Positions 1 to 10,540 of a stretch of DNA of 64,000 bases are shown in pieces; position 1 is the stretch's first letter, and each line of letters starts with the position of its first letter. This DNA is from Phaeosaccion multiseriatum (lineage: Eukaryota > Protista > Ochrophyta, other classes). Position numbers and translations under genes: made by a program. The notes beneath the pieces were generated by a model. It saw only the letters and a list, made by a program, of their open reading frames with translations, was not told the origin of the DNA and did no database searches. The stretch lies in assembly GCA_965112735.1 (NCBI GenBank), contig OZ218959.1, forward strand, positions 1,922,001 through 1,986,000. The letters are read 5' to 3'.

Positions 1-410
1 GCATATTTCTCATCCGGTTTTTTTGGAAGCAGCATAAAGGGGTTTGCTACAGTCGAGCTTCAGTAGGTGAAAACGCTTGAGTTGCGTGGGGACACGCAAC
101 AGTCTTGTCAGGGGAGTGTTAGAAGTGCAGGGATGGCTGACGGGGATGTGGAAAGTCAGTCGTATGTCAGTGGCCCAGGCCTAGGCAACGCAGTGAGAAA
201 CGGTGCCCGTTTCTCACTATCCTCCTGTAGGTGGTCGTTTAGGACAGTGCATAGATAAGCTAATAGATACAAGGCCGGCTGTCAGGCTAGCTTTGGGGTG
301 CTGCTACCTTATCTGTGTGTCTAGTCCGTTTCGTGGAGGTCTAAGCACGACTTTCCACAACCCCAAAACCCCTTTATGCTGCTTCCAAAAAAACCGGATG
401 AGAAATATGC
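1..410. repeat. 45-bp perfect inverted repeat pair (1-45 / 366-410); the left arm may extend beyond the window edge
   Basis: 1-45 gcatatttctcatccgg...aaaggggttt is the exact reverse complement of 366-410. Confidence 0.9.
147..367 (+). repeat. LTR-like repeat copy 1 (213 bp TG...CA, 147-359, plus 8 shared bases)
   Basis: Starts tgtggaaagtc and ends gactttccaca (11-bp terminal IR); internal 12-bp hairpin at 192-218; reverse complement of 2456-2676; preceded by purine-rich ggggag/cgggga PPT-like tracts. Confidence 0.8.
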
Positions 411-530
411 AAAACTCACCCACCAGTGTGTGACGTGGCACTCCACAGGTCACCCTGCCACACACCTGCCACGGCAGGGTGAGAAAGCCCAAGGCCTCAA
501 ACTCACCCTCCGTGGCTGCGCACGGCTGCG

Positions 531-1796
531 CTAGCGCTGGCTCGTCCCCACCGTCACCTGCTGTCCCAGCGTTGCAACCGTACGAGGCACTCCATGCGCG
601 GCCTGCTCCGTCGCCAGCAGCTGGGCCGCCTTCTCGTCCATCAGCTTCTGCAGCCGCGCCTGCGCCGCTTCCACTTGCTGCATCCGATCCTTCAGAGAGA
701 GAGGAGGCCGGTCCAACCAGGCCGGACGATCCGCTGCAATCTCCTGCTGCCACCGGCGCTGCCTTGCCGGATCACACTTCCTCGCGTCCATCTCCTGCTG
801 CCACTGGCGCTCCTCCTCAAGCTGCCGCTCTGCCGGATCCCTGACCCCGTCGGGCCTTACCTTGCGCTTCTTCGACCGCCGCCCCCTCCTCTTTGGCCGC
901 GCACCAACTTCGGTAGTGGAACCAAGACCACTGAGAACACCATTCACCCGCACTACAGGCTGAGCCACAGCCCGCAGTGCGTCCTCCCGCTCTTGCCAGT
1001 CCCGCACTTGCTGTACCCGCGTGCTCTCCGCTTGAGCCTGCGTGTGTACCTCTTGCAGCTTGCGCTGAGCTTCCTCAGCCAAGGCAGCTTGTTGCGCCTG
1101 CTGCCGTCTCTCTTTCTCCCCGACGCGGCGCCTCTCCACCCGCTCCTGAGCCGCACACACACGCGCCCGCTCCAACTGTTCCTCCTCCAGCCAAACAGAC
1201 TCGCGCTCCTGCCGCTCCCGCTCGAGGACCGCAGCAGACACTGACCCCTCTGCAAGCGTGACGCCAGCCTGCTCTACCTGCTCCTCCTGAGCCTGCGCTT
1301 GCGCCACCCGAAGCCGAGACTGCGCCGCGGCCGCCACCGTCAGCTCTAGCGTCTGCAACTCCTTCGAGGCTCTGCGCTGTGCTGCCTGCCCTGTCGTCGT
1401 CACGGCCTTCACCAGCTGAGCAAGGACGCGCTTGTATTGCTCAGTGCGCTGCACAAGCGTCACCACCACCTGGGAAGCTGTACCCAAGCCGTACCGCTTC
1501 CCTGCATCCACCATCTTCCTCACCATGGCTCCGGTGGTCGGTTCGGTAGGGCAGCGAGAGAGACAGTGCTCCTTCTTGCAGTGAAAGCACGAAAAGACTT
1601 GCCCTGCCCCACAGTCGACCTTAGATCGTTTCTGCTTGCTGCCCGACCCCACCTGTGCAGCAGCTACCTGCACCTCCGACTGCTGCCTTGGATCCCGACC
1701 CAATAGCTGGCCCAGTAGCACCGGAAGTGCTGCAAGGTCCATCCTGATTCCATGCAGCTCCTCCATCAACCGATTGACCATGTCGTGATCCCCCAT
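531..1796 (-). CDS. Gag-like CCHC zinc-knuckle/coiled-coil protein of a retroelement (421 aa)
   Basis: Intronless ORF with C-x2-C-x3-H-x4-C (CFHCKKEHCLSRC) and long E/Q/R/A helical regions; lies between the LTR-like repeats; no RT or integrase seen. Confidence 0.55.
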   Translation of the reverse strand: MGDHDMVNRLMEELHGIRMDLAALPVLLGQLLGRDPRQQSEVQVAAAQVGSGSKQKRSKVDCGAGQVFSCFHCKKEHCLSRCPTEPTTGAMVRKMVDAGKRYGLGTASQVVVTLVQRTEQYKRVLAQLVKAVTTTGQAAQRRASKELQTLELTVAAAAQSRLRVAQAQAQEEQVEQAGVTLAEGSVSAAVLERERQERESVWLEEEQLERARVCAAQERVERRRVGEKERRQQAQQAALAEEAQRKLQEVHTQAQAESTRVQQVRDWQEREDALRAVAQPVVRVNGVLSGLGSTTEVGARPKRRGRRSKKRKVRPDGVRDPAERQLEEERQWQQEMDARKCDPARQRRWQQEIAADRPAWLDRPPLSLKDRMQQVEAAQARLQKLMDEKAAQLLATEQAAHGVPRTVATLGQQVTVGTSQR

Positions 1797-2455
1797 CGGT
1801 TCCTCCTGGGACCAGCCAGTACGCTTACTCTGTGCCAGCCGATCGCCGCGCTATGCCGGCATCTTCCCTCTTGCTGCGCCCCTGCAGCTGCTCCCTCCGA
1901 GCGTGCCTAATTATGCCTGATATCCGTGCCTGCTGCTGCTGCTGCTGCCTCTGCAGCTGCTGCGGTATCCAACACCTGCTGCTGCGCCCCCTGCCTCTCC
2001 AGCCAAGCCTGCTGTATCTCCTGCCGCTAACCTCTAAATCAGCGGTCCCCTCTGATTAAGTATAGCGGATACCCGTGCCTCCTGCTGCTGCCCCTGCAGC
2101 TGCTGTATCCAATCCTTTGCTGCTGCCCCTGCAGCTGCTCGCCAATCCTTCCGTGCCTCCTGCTGCTGCCCCTGCAGCTGCTCCTTGCAATATCCCTAGC
2201 TACCTCTTGCTGCCGATCCACGGTAGCGCTGCTGTGCCACTCTTTCAAAGCCAACCAATAAATTCTCCCACAAATAAATTCTCCCACCGGTTCCCAAGCA
2301 AAGCTAATTAAGCTAAACGCCCCTGACGGAGCAAGCTGTGGCGTGTCCGTGCCTTGGACACTAACCAAAAACGTCCACGTGCTAGTCTAGCGCACGATGA
2401 ACTCAAAGCCTCCCTCTGCTGAGCCTATTGGCCAAGTGCCAAACTGTCTTCGAGC

Positions 2456-2676
2456 TTTGGGGTTGTGGAAAGTCGTGCTTAGACCTCCACGAAACGGACT
2501 AGACACACAGATAAGGTAGCAGCACCCCAAAGCTAGCCTGACAGCCGGCCTTGTATCTATTAGCTTATCTATGCACTGTCCTAAACGACCACCTACAGGA
2601 GGATAGTGAGAAACGGGCACCGTTTCTCACTGCGTTGCCTAGGCCTGGGCCACTGACATACGACTGACTTTCCACA
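2456..2676 (-). repeat. LTR-like repeat copy 2 (inverted relative to copy 1)
   Basis: Reverse complement of 147-367; abuts the 87-bp array at 2677. Confidence 0.8.
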
Positions 2677-5500
2677 GTGCAGTACGACAGATGATGGGAG
2701 TGGCGCAGCAGCATCCAAGTACAGCAGCAGAAGGCAGCGCCGCAACAGCGGGCTGCGACGCGACGTGCAGTACGACAGATGATGGGAGTGGCGCAGCAGC
2801 TCCAAGTACAGCAGCGCAGAAGGCAGCGCCGCAGCAGCGGGCTGCGATGCGACGTGCAGTACGACAGATGATGGGAGTGGCGCAGCAGCTCCAAGTACAG
2901 CAGCAGAAGGCAGCGCCGCAGCAGCGGGCTGCGATGCGACGTGCAGTACGAGAGATGATGGGAGTGGCGCAGCAGCTCCAAGTACAGCAGCAGAAGGCAG
3001 CGCCGCAGCAGCGGGCTGCGATGCGACGTGCAGTACGACAGATGATGGGAGTGGCGCAGCAGCTCCAAGTACAGCAGCAGAAGGCAGCGCCGCAGCAGCG
3101 GGCTGCGATGCGACGTGCAGTACGAGAGATGATGGGAGTGGCGCAGCAGCTCCAAGTACAGCAGCAGAAGGCAGCGCCGCAGCAGCGGGCTGCGATGCGA
3201 CGTGCCGTACGACAGATGATGGGAGTGGCGCAGCAGCTCCAAGTACAGCAGCAGAAGGCAGCGCCGCGGATAGTCCTATGGGGATGGTCCTATGGGGATG
3301 GTCCTATGGGGATGGTCCTATGGGGATAGTCCTATGGGGATGGTCCTATGGGGACAGTCCTATGGGGATAGTCCTATGGGGATGGTCCTATGGGGACAGT
3401 GCTATGGGGATAGTCCTATGGGGATAGTCCTATGGGGATGGTCCTATGGGGATAGTCCTATGGGGATGGTCCTATGGGGATAGTCCTATGGGGATGGTCC
3501 TATGGGGATGGTCCTATGGGGATGGTCCTATGGGGATAGTCCTATGGGGATGGTCCTATGGGGATGGTCCTATGGGGATAGTCCTATGGGGATAGTCCTG
3601 CGATGCTGGCAGGAGCGATGACCTGCTCCGTCCACACGTGCCCCTGAGGCTGACACGCCCGAATGCTGCTGCCCTCTCCCCCTCTGCCCCCCCCACAAGC
3701 AGAAGGCAGCGCCGCAGCAGCGGGCAGCGATGCGACGTGCAGTACGACAGATGATGGGAGTGGCGCAGCAGCTCCAAGTACAGCAGCAGAAGGCAGCGCC
3801 GCAGCAGCGGGCTGCGATGCGACGTGCAGTACGACAGATGATGGGAGTGGCGCAGCAGCTCCAAGTACAGCAGCAGAAGGCAGCGCCGCAGCAGCGGGCT
3901 GCGATGCGACGTGCAGTACGAGAGATGATGGAAGTGGCACAGCAGCTCCAAGTACAGCAGCATGAGGCAGCGCGGCAGCAGCGGGCAGCGATGCGACGTG
4001 CAGTACGAGAGATGATGGAAGTGGCGCAGCAGTTCCAAGTGCAGCAGCACAAGGCAATGGACCAGCTGGAAGTAAGGCAGTCATCCGACGGCAGTGGAAC
4101 AGCGGGCTGCGAAGGTACAGCAGTATGCTGCACAGCAGCAGCCCGAAGCATGGCAGCAGCAGAAGGCAGTGTAGCAGCGGGCTGCGATGCAGCGTGCAGT
4201 GCAGCAGCTGGAAGTGTCGCAGCAGCTCGAAGTTCCGCAGCGGAAGGCAGTGCAGCAGCCGGAGGCAGGGCAGCCGCCTAAAGGATAGCATCCGAGACAG
4301 TGGAATAGCGGGCTGGGAAGGTACACAGTATGAAGTACAGCAGCAGTGCAGCAGCGGGCGGCGAGGCAACACGCACTAAAGCAGCTGGAAGCAGGGCAGC
4401 AGCGCGAGGTAGCAGAGGCCGGAGGCAGCGCAGCAGCACTAAGCAGAGCAGAACGTAGGCAGCGGCGGCTGCGAAACGACACGTAGTACAGCAGTAGACA
4501 GCAGCGCAGCATCGATCTGCGAGGCAACGTGCGGTGCAGCAGTATGCAATGAAGCGGCTGGACACAGCAGTCCCTTCATGGCAGCGGAAAGCAGTGCAGC
4601 CGCTGGAAGCGGGGCAGCAGCTGCAGGTAGGGCAGCAGCTCGTAGAGTTACGCAGAAGGCAGTCAACAGCGGGCAGGCGAAGCGAAACGTAGATCAGCAT
4701 CGGGCAGGCCGAAGATGGAGTGCAGGGCAGAGCAGAAGCTAGAGGCAGCGTAGCGGCAGGCAGCGCAGCAGCGCGCAGTACCGGGGAAGGCAGCGCAACA
4801 GCAGACCGTGCAGCATCAGGCGCTAAGCAACCGCAGAAAGACGGAACCAGCGCGACAGTAGGCAGCGAGGCAACGTGCAGCATAGCAGCAGCTGAAGGCA
4901 GTGAGCAGCCGGAGGCAGTGCAGCGGTAAGGCGGCGCCGCAACAGGTGGCGAGCAGCAGATAGCGCGACAGTTTACAGCCCAGTAGCGGCAGGCAGCGCA
5001 ACGTCAGGCAGAGCAGCAAGTGGCAGCGCAACAGGAGCCGGTGCGGCAGAAGACACTGAAGCAGCACACCGCGCAGCCGCAGGCGGCGCAGGAGGAGGCA
5101 GCGGAGCAGCAGGCAGCGCCGCAGAAGGCAGCTGCAGCAGGCAGCGGAGCAGCAGGCAGCGCCGCAGAAGGCAGAGCTGCAACAGGCAGCGAAACAGCAG
5201 GCAGTACAGCAACCGCCAGTGAAACAGCAGGCAGCGCAGCAGCGGGCGGCGCAGCAGTAGGCGGCGCAGCAGTAGGCGGTTAGCCGTAGAAGGCCGCGCA
5301 ACAGCAGGCAGGGCAGGAGTAGGCAGCACAGCTGCATAAGGAGCGCAGCAGGCTGGCAGTGCGACAGCGGCAGGACCCCTGCAGAGGGCAGCGTAGCAAC
5401 GGCTGGCAATGCGACAGTAGGCAGCGTAGCATCACCGCAGCTGAGCAGTAGACAGTGTAGCAGCGGACAATGTAGCGTCGGGCAACAAGGCAGCAGATCA
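2677..5500. repeat. 87-bp CAG-rich minisatellite (2677-3267, 3698-~4050), decaying into diverged related sequence to ~5500
   Basis: Unit gtgcagtacgacagatgatgggagtggcgcagcagctccaagtacagcagcagaaggcagcgccgcagcagcgggctgcgatgcgac recurs with period 87 (e.g. 2941, 3028). Confidence 0.9.
3268..3697 (-). mobile_element. Probable 5'-truncated non-LTR retroposon/SINE insert: ~100-bp unique part plus 15-bp tandem tail
   Basis: Flanked by agcagaaggcagcgccgc at 3250-3267 and 3698-3715 (18-bp TSD-like); tail (ggggatrgtcctatg)n at 3268-3598; short stem-loops next to the tail. Confidence 0.5.
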
Positions 5501-5753
5501 GCACGGCACCTCTTCAGATCGGCGCGGCAAGGACCATCGCGGCGAAGGACTTCTCGGACGTCCAGGTCCAGCGATAGGGACCATGGAAGAGCAACTGCTT
5601 CATCGTCTACATCCGCCAGAACTCGACGGCGTCAACTGAGGTAACGAATACGCTGGCCATGAGCGAGGGAATCGGTGCCGTAGAAGTTGGGGGCCAGAGG
5701 GGAGACTAGGGGAGAAGGGGGGAAGGAGACATGAGATTTCAAGCGGGTGTAGT

Positions 5754-6520
5754 TGGGAGTAGGGGCGAGGCAGACGCGTCTGCCCGCCCTGCTTTGGCAC
5801 CCCCTGGAAATCGCATTTACCCCCCCTTACACAATATAAACAATTATCAGTATTAGCAGTTAGCGTGACTGAGCGAGAGAGCGCTCGAGGGGAAGGCATG
5901 GGCAGTACTAGGTGTCAGGACGTAGAGGACTGAAAAAGTAGTTTTCGAGCAGAGCGAGTTTACGAGTCGATAGTATCGAAAACGTATTTTCGGGAAACGG
6001 GGAGGACTGGCAGTCACAGAAAAAATGGATGGAGGCAAGGGCACGCCGCGCCGACCGACGCGAGGGCCCAATGGCCCGTGCGGCCACGTATGACGCTCAG
6101 CCCACCGGGGTAGAGCAAGAATTTAGCATTCACTACTGTAAAAGAGGAGGCGACGCGAGTACGGCGTCGAAAGAGTTGTAGCAAGTGCCGAAGAGCTCAG
6201 CGCGGTGAGAAGGACAGCGAAGGGGCGGAGCAGCCCAGCAGTCCACCGCGCGAAGGAGACGGCAGCGACAGCAAAAGTTTCCCCACCCGCCCGGCCCGGG
6301 GGGACGAGTGGGATTATCGGGAATCCAACGGGGTGGATGGGAGTAGGGGCGAGGCAGACGCGTCTGCCCGCCCTGCTTTGGCACCCCCTGGAAATCGCAT
6401 TTACCCCCCCTTACACAATATAAACAATTATCAGTATTAGCAGTTAGCCTGACTGAGCGAGAGAGCGCTCGAGGGGAAGGCATGGGCAGTACTAGGTGTC
6501 AGGACGTAGAGGACTGAAAA
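5754..6520. repeat. 183-bp direct repeat pair (5754-5936 and 6338-6520)
   Basis: Near-identical copies (one mismatch seen); each contains the 16-bp palindrome ggcagacgcgtctgcc. Confidence 0.9.
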
Positions 6521-6764
6521 GTGCGAAATAGCCTAGACCCACGGGATGGGCGTACGCGAGGAGCTTCAAAAAGTGCGAAATGGCTCCAGACGAAAACTGC
6601 CCAGTGGAGCCCAAAAAGTGCGAAGTGCGAAATGGCGAAGGGGGGAAAGTGACAAATTTGAAAAGGGGGAGGGAAAAGATGAGAAATAAAGAGCAAGATG
6701 CCCGCCAAGACGTGTAGAAGCGGAACTGATAGGCAAACAGGAAGCAGTCGCCTCACGGGAAGTA

Positions 6765-7719
6765 ATGGGCCGACACAGACGGTGGTGGAAGGGGGGGAAC
6801 CCCCGCGGCGCGTGCTGCTGCGGCAAATCCGAAGCCGGGTAAGGACGGCCCTATAGGCGCAGCCCCGGCGCCTATACCACCAGGAGCTACGGCAGCACCA
6901 CCAGGAGCTACGGCAGCACCACCAGGAGCTACGGCACCACCACCAGGAGCTACGGCACCACCACCAGGAGAGCTACGGCACCACCAGGAGCTACGGCACC
7001 ACCACCAGCAGCTATACGGCACCACCACCAGGAGCTACGGCACCACCACGGGCAGCACCGGCGGTGGTGCTAGCTGCAGCGACAGGGGCTTCGACGGATC
7101 CCGACCTGCGTGTGGACGGGTATTGGCTTTTTCTTAGCGGGCGGCGCCTCTGCCAGATGGCGGACCCCCCGTGTGTTCAGGGCGATTCCTTGATTTCCAG
7201 CAGGGAAACCCGCCCTACATGAACTCCTGCGACTTTGAGGGTTGCACGGGGCGTGTCCACGTAGAGTGCGCGATGAAGCTCAAAAGGTCGCGGGAGAAGA
7301 GAGTAGAGCACTCTTCGAAATTGATTTGGAAGCTTTTTTTGCGGGGAGGAGTGCGCCAAGAGAGTGCCTTTGAACAGGACAGGAGTGCGCCAAGAGTGCC
7401 TTTTCACTTTGCTTCAGCCACCCGATGGCCACCAACCCCGCCGCCAGCGCTCTCGTCGTCTGTCGTCTGGAGCATGATCCTTACAGGCGCATCTTCGTCA
7501 CTTGAGGGGGACGAGCAGGCATCAGACGAAGCAGCATCACCATGTCCTGCATTGCCCCCCACCGCGGCGCCTTCCCCCAACGCACTGATGTCCACACCTC
7601 CCGCACTATGGAAGTCAACCCCTCCTTGTGCAAGGGGTGACCATTCACCGCCCGTCACAGCCATCCCTCCTCCATGGGCGCGTCACAGCCTCCTGCCTCG
7701 CGTAGCGATATATCGCTGA
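6765..7719 (+). pseudogene. Frameshifted PHD-finger-containing ORF, probably carried by a DNA transposon
   Basis: LCQ...VC...SCDFEGCTGRVHVEC, with FCGEEC following in a shifted frame at the T-run ~7335; 21-bp Pro/Ala tandem repeat at 6877-7049; aaaagtgcgaaat motifs at 6517-6636 and inverted at 7985-7999. Confidence 0.45.
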
Positions 7720-8131
7720 ATGGTTTATAGCGAGCTAATGACTCCTTATATATCGCTACACTCAATGCAAATGGCCTGCTCGTTTGAAATGGTCTGCCCG
7801 CCAAAATATAATAGTAAAATGGATATATTTCGCCCTTTTCCCCCCCGCACAGCCCGCAGCACGATAGGAAAGGGACGGCGTAAAAAAAAGGGCGAAATGG
7901 CATAATTAGCAGTTTTCCCCTTTTTTTTTTGGGCTTTTTTTTTTGCGCCGATAGGAGCGGGCCGGGGCCAAAAAGTGTTAAATGGCATTTCGCACTTTTT
8001 TTTTTCGTCGTTTTTTGCCACACGATAAGAACGGCCCTTAAAATAATGAATTAAACATATTAAAAATAAAATGCCTGTTGCAAAGTTCTCAAGAGAGGAG
8101 AGGAATGCCCCCCTCCTCCCGCCTCTCTTTG

Positions 8132-9410
8132 CTATACTATGGCAGCTTGGTCTCTCCTAGCTGTGGCACGCAGGCGAGGGCCCTCCCCCCCCTTCCCCTC
8201 CTCTCTCTCTCTCCGCAAGATGGCGGGCAACCACTCTCTCTGAAGCTTGTCGAGGAGGTCACTTGTGTTCCTCTGAGTGGCAATGTCCACCACAACGGCG
8301 CGTGTGGCGCTGCCTCGATACTCCTTTATGCGTCCTCCAAGCTTGGCTAGCCGCTGCAACTTGCTTGCCTCTGCTGGTGGGAAAGCGTCCCATGCGCGGC
8401 GGGGGGGGGGGCGGGCGTGGAGCAAGGAGCGAAGAAGAGGAGGGGCAGGATGCAGTTGGAGTGCAGCATAGCAGTAGCACTACCACCAGCAGCAACAAAG
8501 ACAACAACATCTTCACCCCGTCATCACGCCCAATGTGCACACAGACCCGTGCCCTCAGTCCATACACCACACCCAGCCACACCCAAGCCCACCCAATTGC
8601 AGTCCCCCAAGTCATTCTATCGAAGAGGATGGCACTGGACAGTTCGAGCTGCTGACTGACCTTGTGCATCCCTTGCGGCGCCGTCCTCCTGCTGCAGTTG
8701 GTGATACACCCTCAGCCCCACCAGCTTCTGCACCATTGTATCTGTGAAAACCTGCGAGTAGCTGCACGCACACACGCACACAACGCCAGCAGCACACACA
8801 TAGGAGACAGACAGAGAGAGAGAAGGGAGGAGAGGGAGGGAGAGGGGTTGAGAGGGGAAGAGAATGAAAGCCGCTCCTGTTGTACAGCCTTACTGCCGAC
8901 TACTCACGTGCTGAATTGACGGCTGGAGATTTGGCGCTGCTTTCCATTTCCGAAAGCGACAGAGAAATCCAAGCCAGACTGTGATGAAAGAAGACGAGAA
9001 GGACACAGAGGGAGAGGGATACCACAGAGAGTGAGGGATCAGAAAGGACTCAGGCAGTGGTGCGCAGCGAGGTACCGACGATGTAGAGATGCGGATAGAT
9101 ACAGATGATGACTGACGATAGTGAAGACATGCAGTAGTATCACACAGATGACTTAAAACATGACATGATTGACGGTAGAGATGCGACTGACCTTTTTGAG
9201 GAGCCTCAGCATGACGAGTTGGCAACATGCGTGGTATACAGGATGCACGATGGCAGCCTAAGGGAGGGGGAGGGAGGCGTAGCAACGGGGAGGAGCCAGT
9301 CAGCACGCAGAACACTCATCACAACAACAACAGCAACAACAGCAGCAACAACAACGACAACGACAACAACAACGACAACGACAACAACGACAACGACAAC
9401 AACGACAACG

Positions 9411-9449
<39 letters not shown>

Positions 9450-9834
9450 GCGGCAGCAGCAGCAGAAGCAGCAGCAACTAACAGAGAAGGCAGAGGACGG
9501 AGAAGACCAGCTCCACTCTTATACCCTTGTCATGACCAATCTCAGCACAAAACGATCCCCAGCCATCACCCCTCTTTCTCTCTCTCTATCCATCCATCTA
9601 TCTGTCGATCTACCTATGTGTGTATCTATCCATCCATCTATCTGTCTATCTACCTATGTGTGTATCTATCCATGCATCTGTCTATCTACCTATCCATCTA
9701 TCCATCTCTCCGTCTATCCATCCATCCATCCATCTACCTATCTATCTATCTCCGTGTCCTTCTGTCCCTCTCTCTCCCTCTCTCTTTGTTTCTCTTTCTC
9801 TCTCTCTTTGTTTCTCTCCCTCTCTCTCTCTGCT

Positions 9835-9865
<31 letters not shown>

Positions 9866-10509
9866 TTGTTTCTCTCCCTCTGTCTCTCTTTGTTTCTCTC
9901 TCTCTCTCTCTCACGTTCTAGCCCCAACGAGCAGCCACCGACCTTCGTCTCCTTGACAACTGTGAGGGGGTGAATTCGCTCGGCAGCCTCCAGCAGCTCC
10001 AGGGCCTTGTCAGTGGCGAGGCTGTGCAGAGAGACGTACCCCATAGTTAGCAGCTGGTGGGGGGGGGGGGGGGTGGAAGTGGGGTGGGGGGGCAGAATGA
10101 CTTTCGTGAGGACAGAGAGAGGAAGCAAGAAGGGGAGGGGGAAGGGGCGGAGCGGTATCATGCGACACCTCCTACACGTCCTCTCATCACCCCAAGCACG
10201 TCACGCATGGCAGGCTTCAGTCCACAACAAGGAAGCAGACACACAAGTATACACACACGTACATACCCACACACACACCTACACACGTAGTTACCAACAC
10301 AACACACCCACCTGTGCCACTCTGTCTGCTCCCCCCGCGGCGGTTTCCCCTAAGAGCTTGTGCAGCAGCTGAGCGACGATGAAGGACGCGTCGTTGGCGT
10401 ATCGCACGTTCTCTGCGCGTCTCCACGCCTTGGCCCCTGCCTGCCTTCCCTCGCACCTCCTCGCACGGCTAGCACCGCCGGATTCTTGCCCCTCCTCCTC
10501 CTCCTTCTC

Positions 10510-10540
<31 letters not shown>

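Larger units (their letters stand above)
147..2676 (-). mobile_element. Non-autonomous retroelement remnant with inverted LTR-like termini
   Basis: Inverted 221-bp repeats enclose the gag-like ORF; duplicated gtgggagaatttatt (minus strand, ~2267-2296) in the leader. Confidence 0.55.

Noticed and set aside
147-367. Penelope-type pseudo-LTR with hammerhead ribozyme
   Set aside because: No CUGANGA...GAAA core with matching stems found on either strand by eye.
2565-5504. Many overlapping Ala/Cys/Gln-rich ORFs
   Set aside because: By-products of the stop-poor 87-bp and CAG-rich repeats; no domain or splice support.
5754-5936. Helitron 3' end (hairpin plus CTAG)
   Set aside because: CTAG is followed by G rather than T, and the duplicated sequence continues ~25 bp beyond it.
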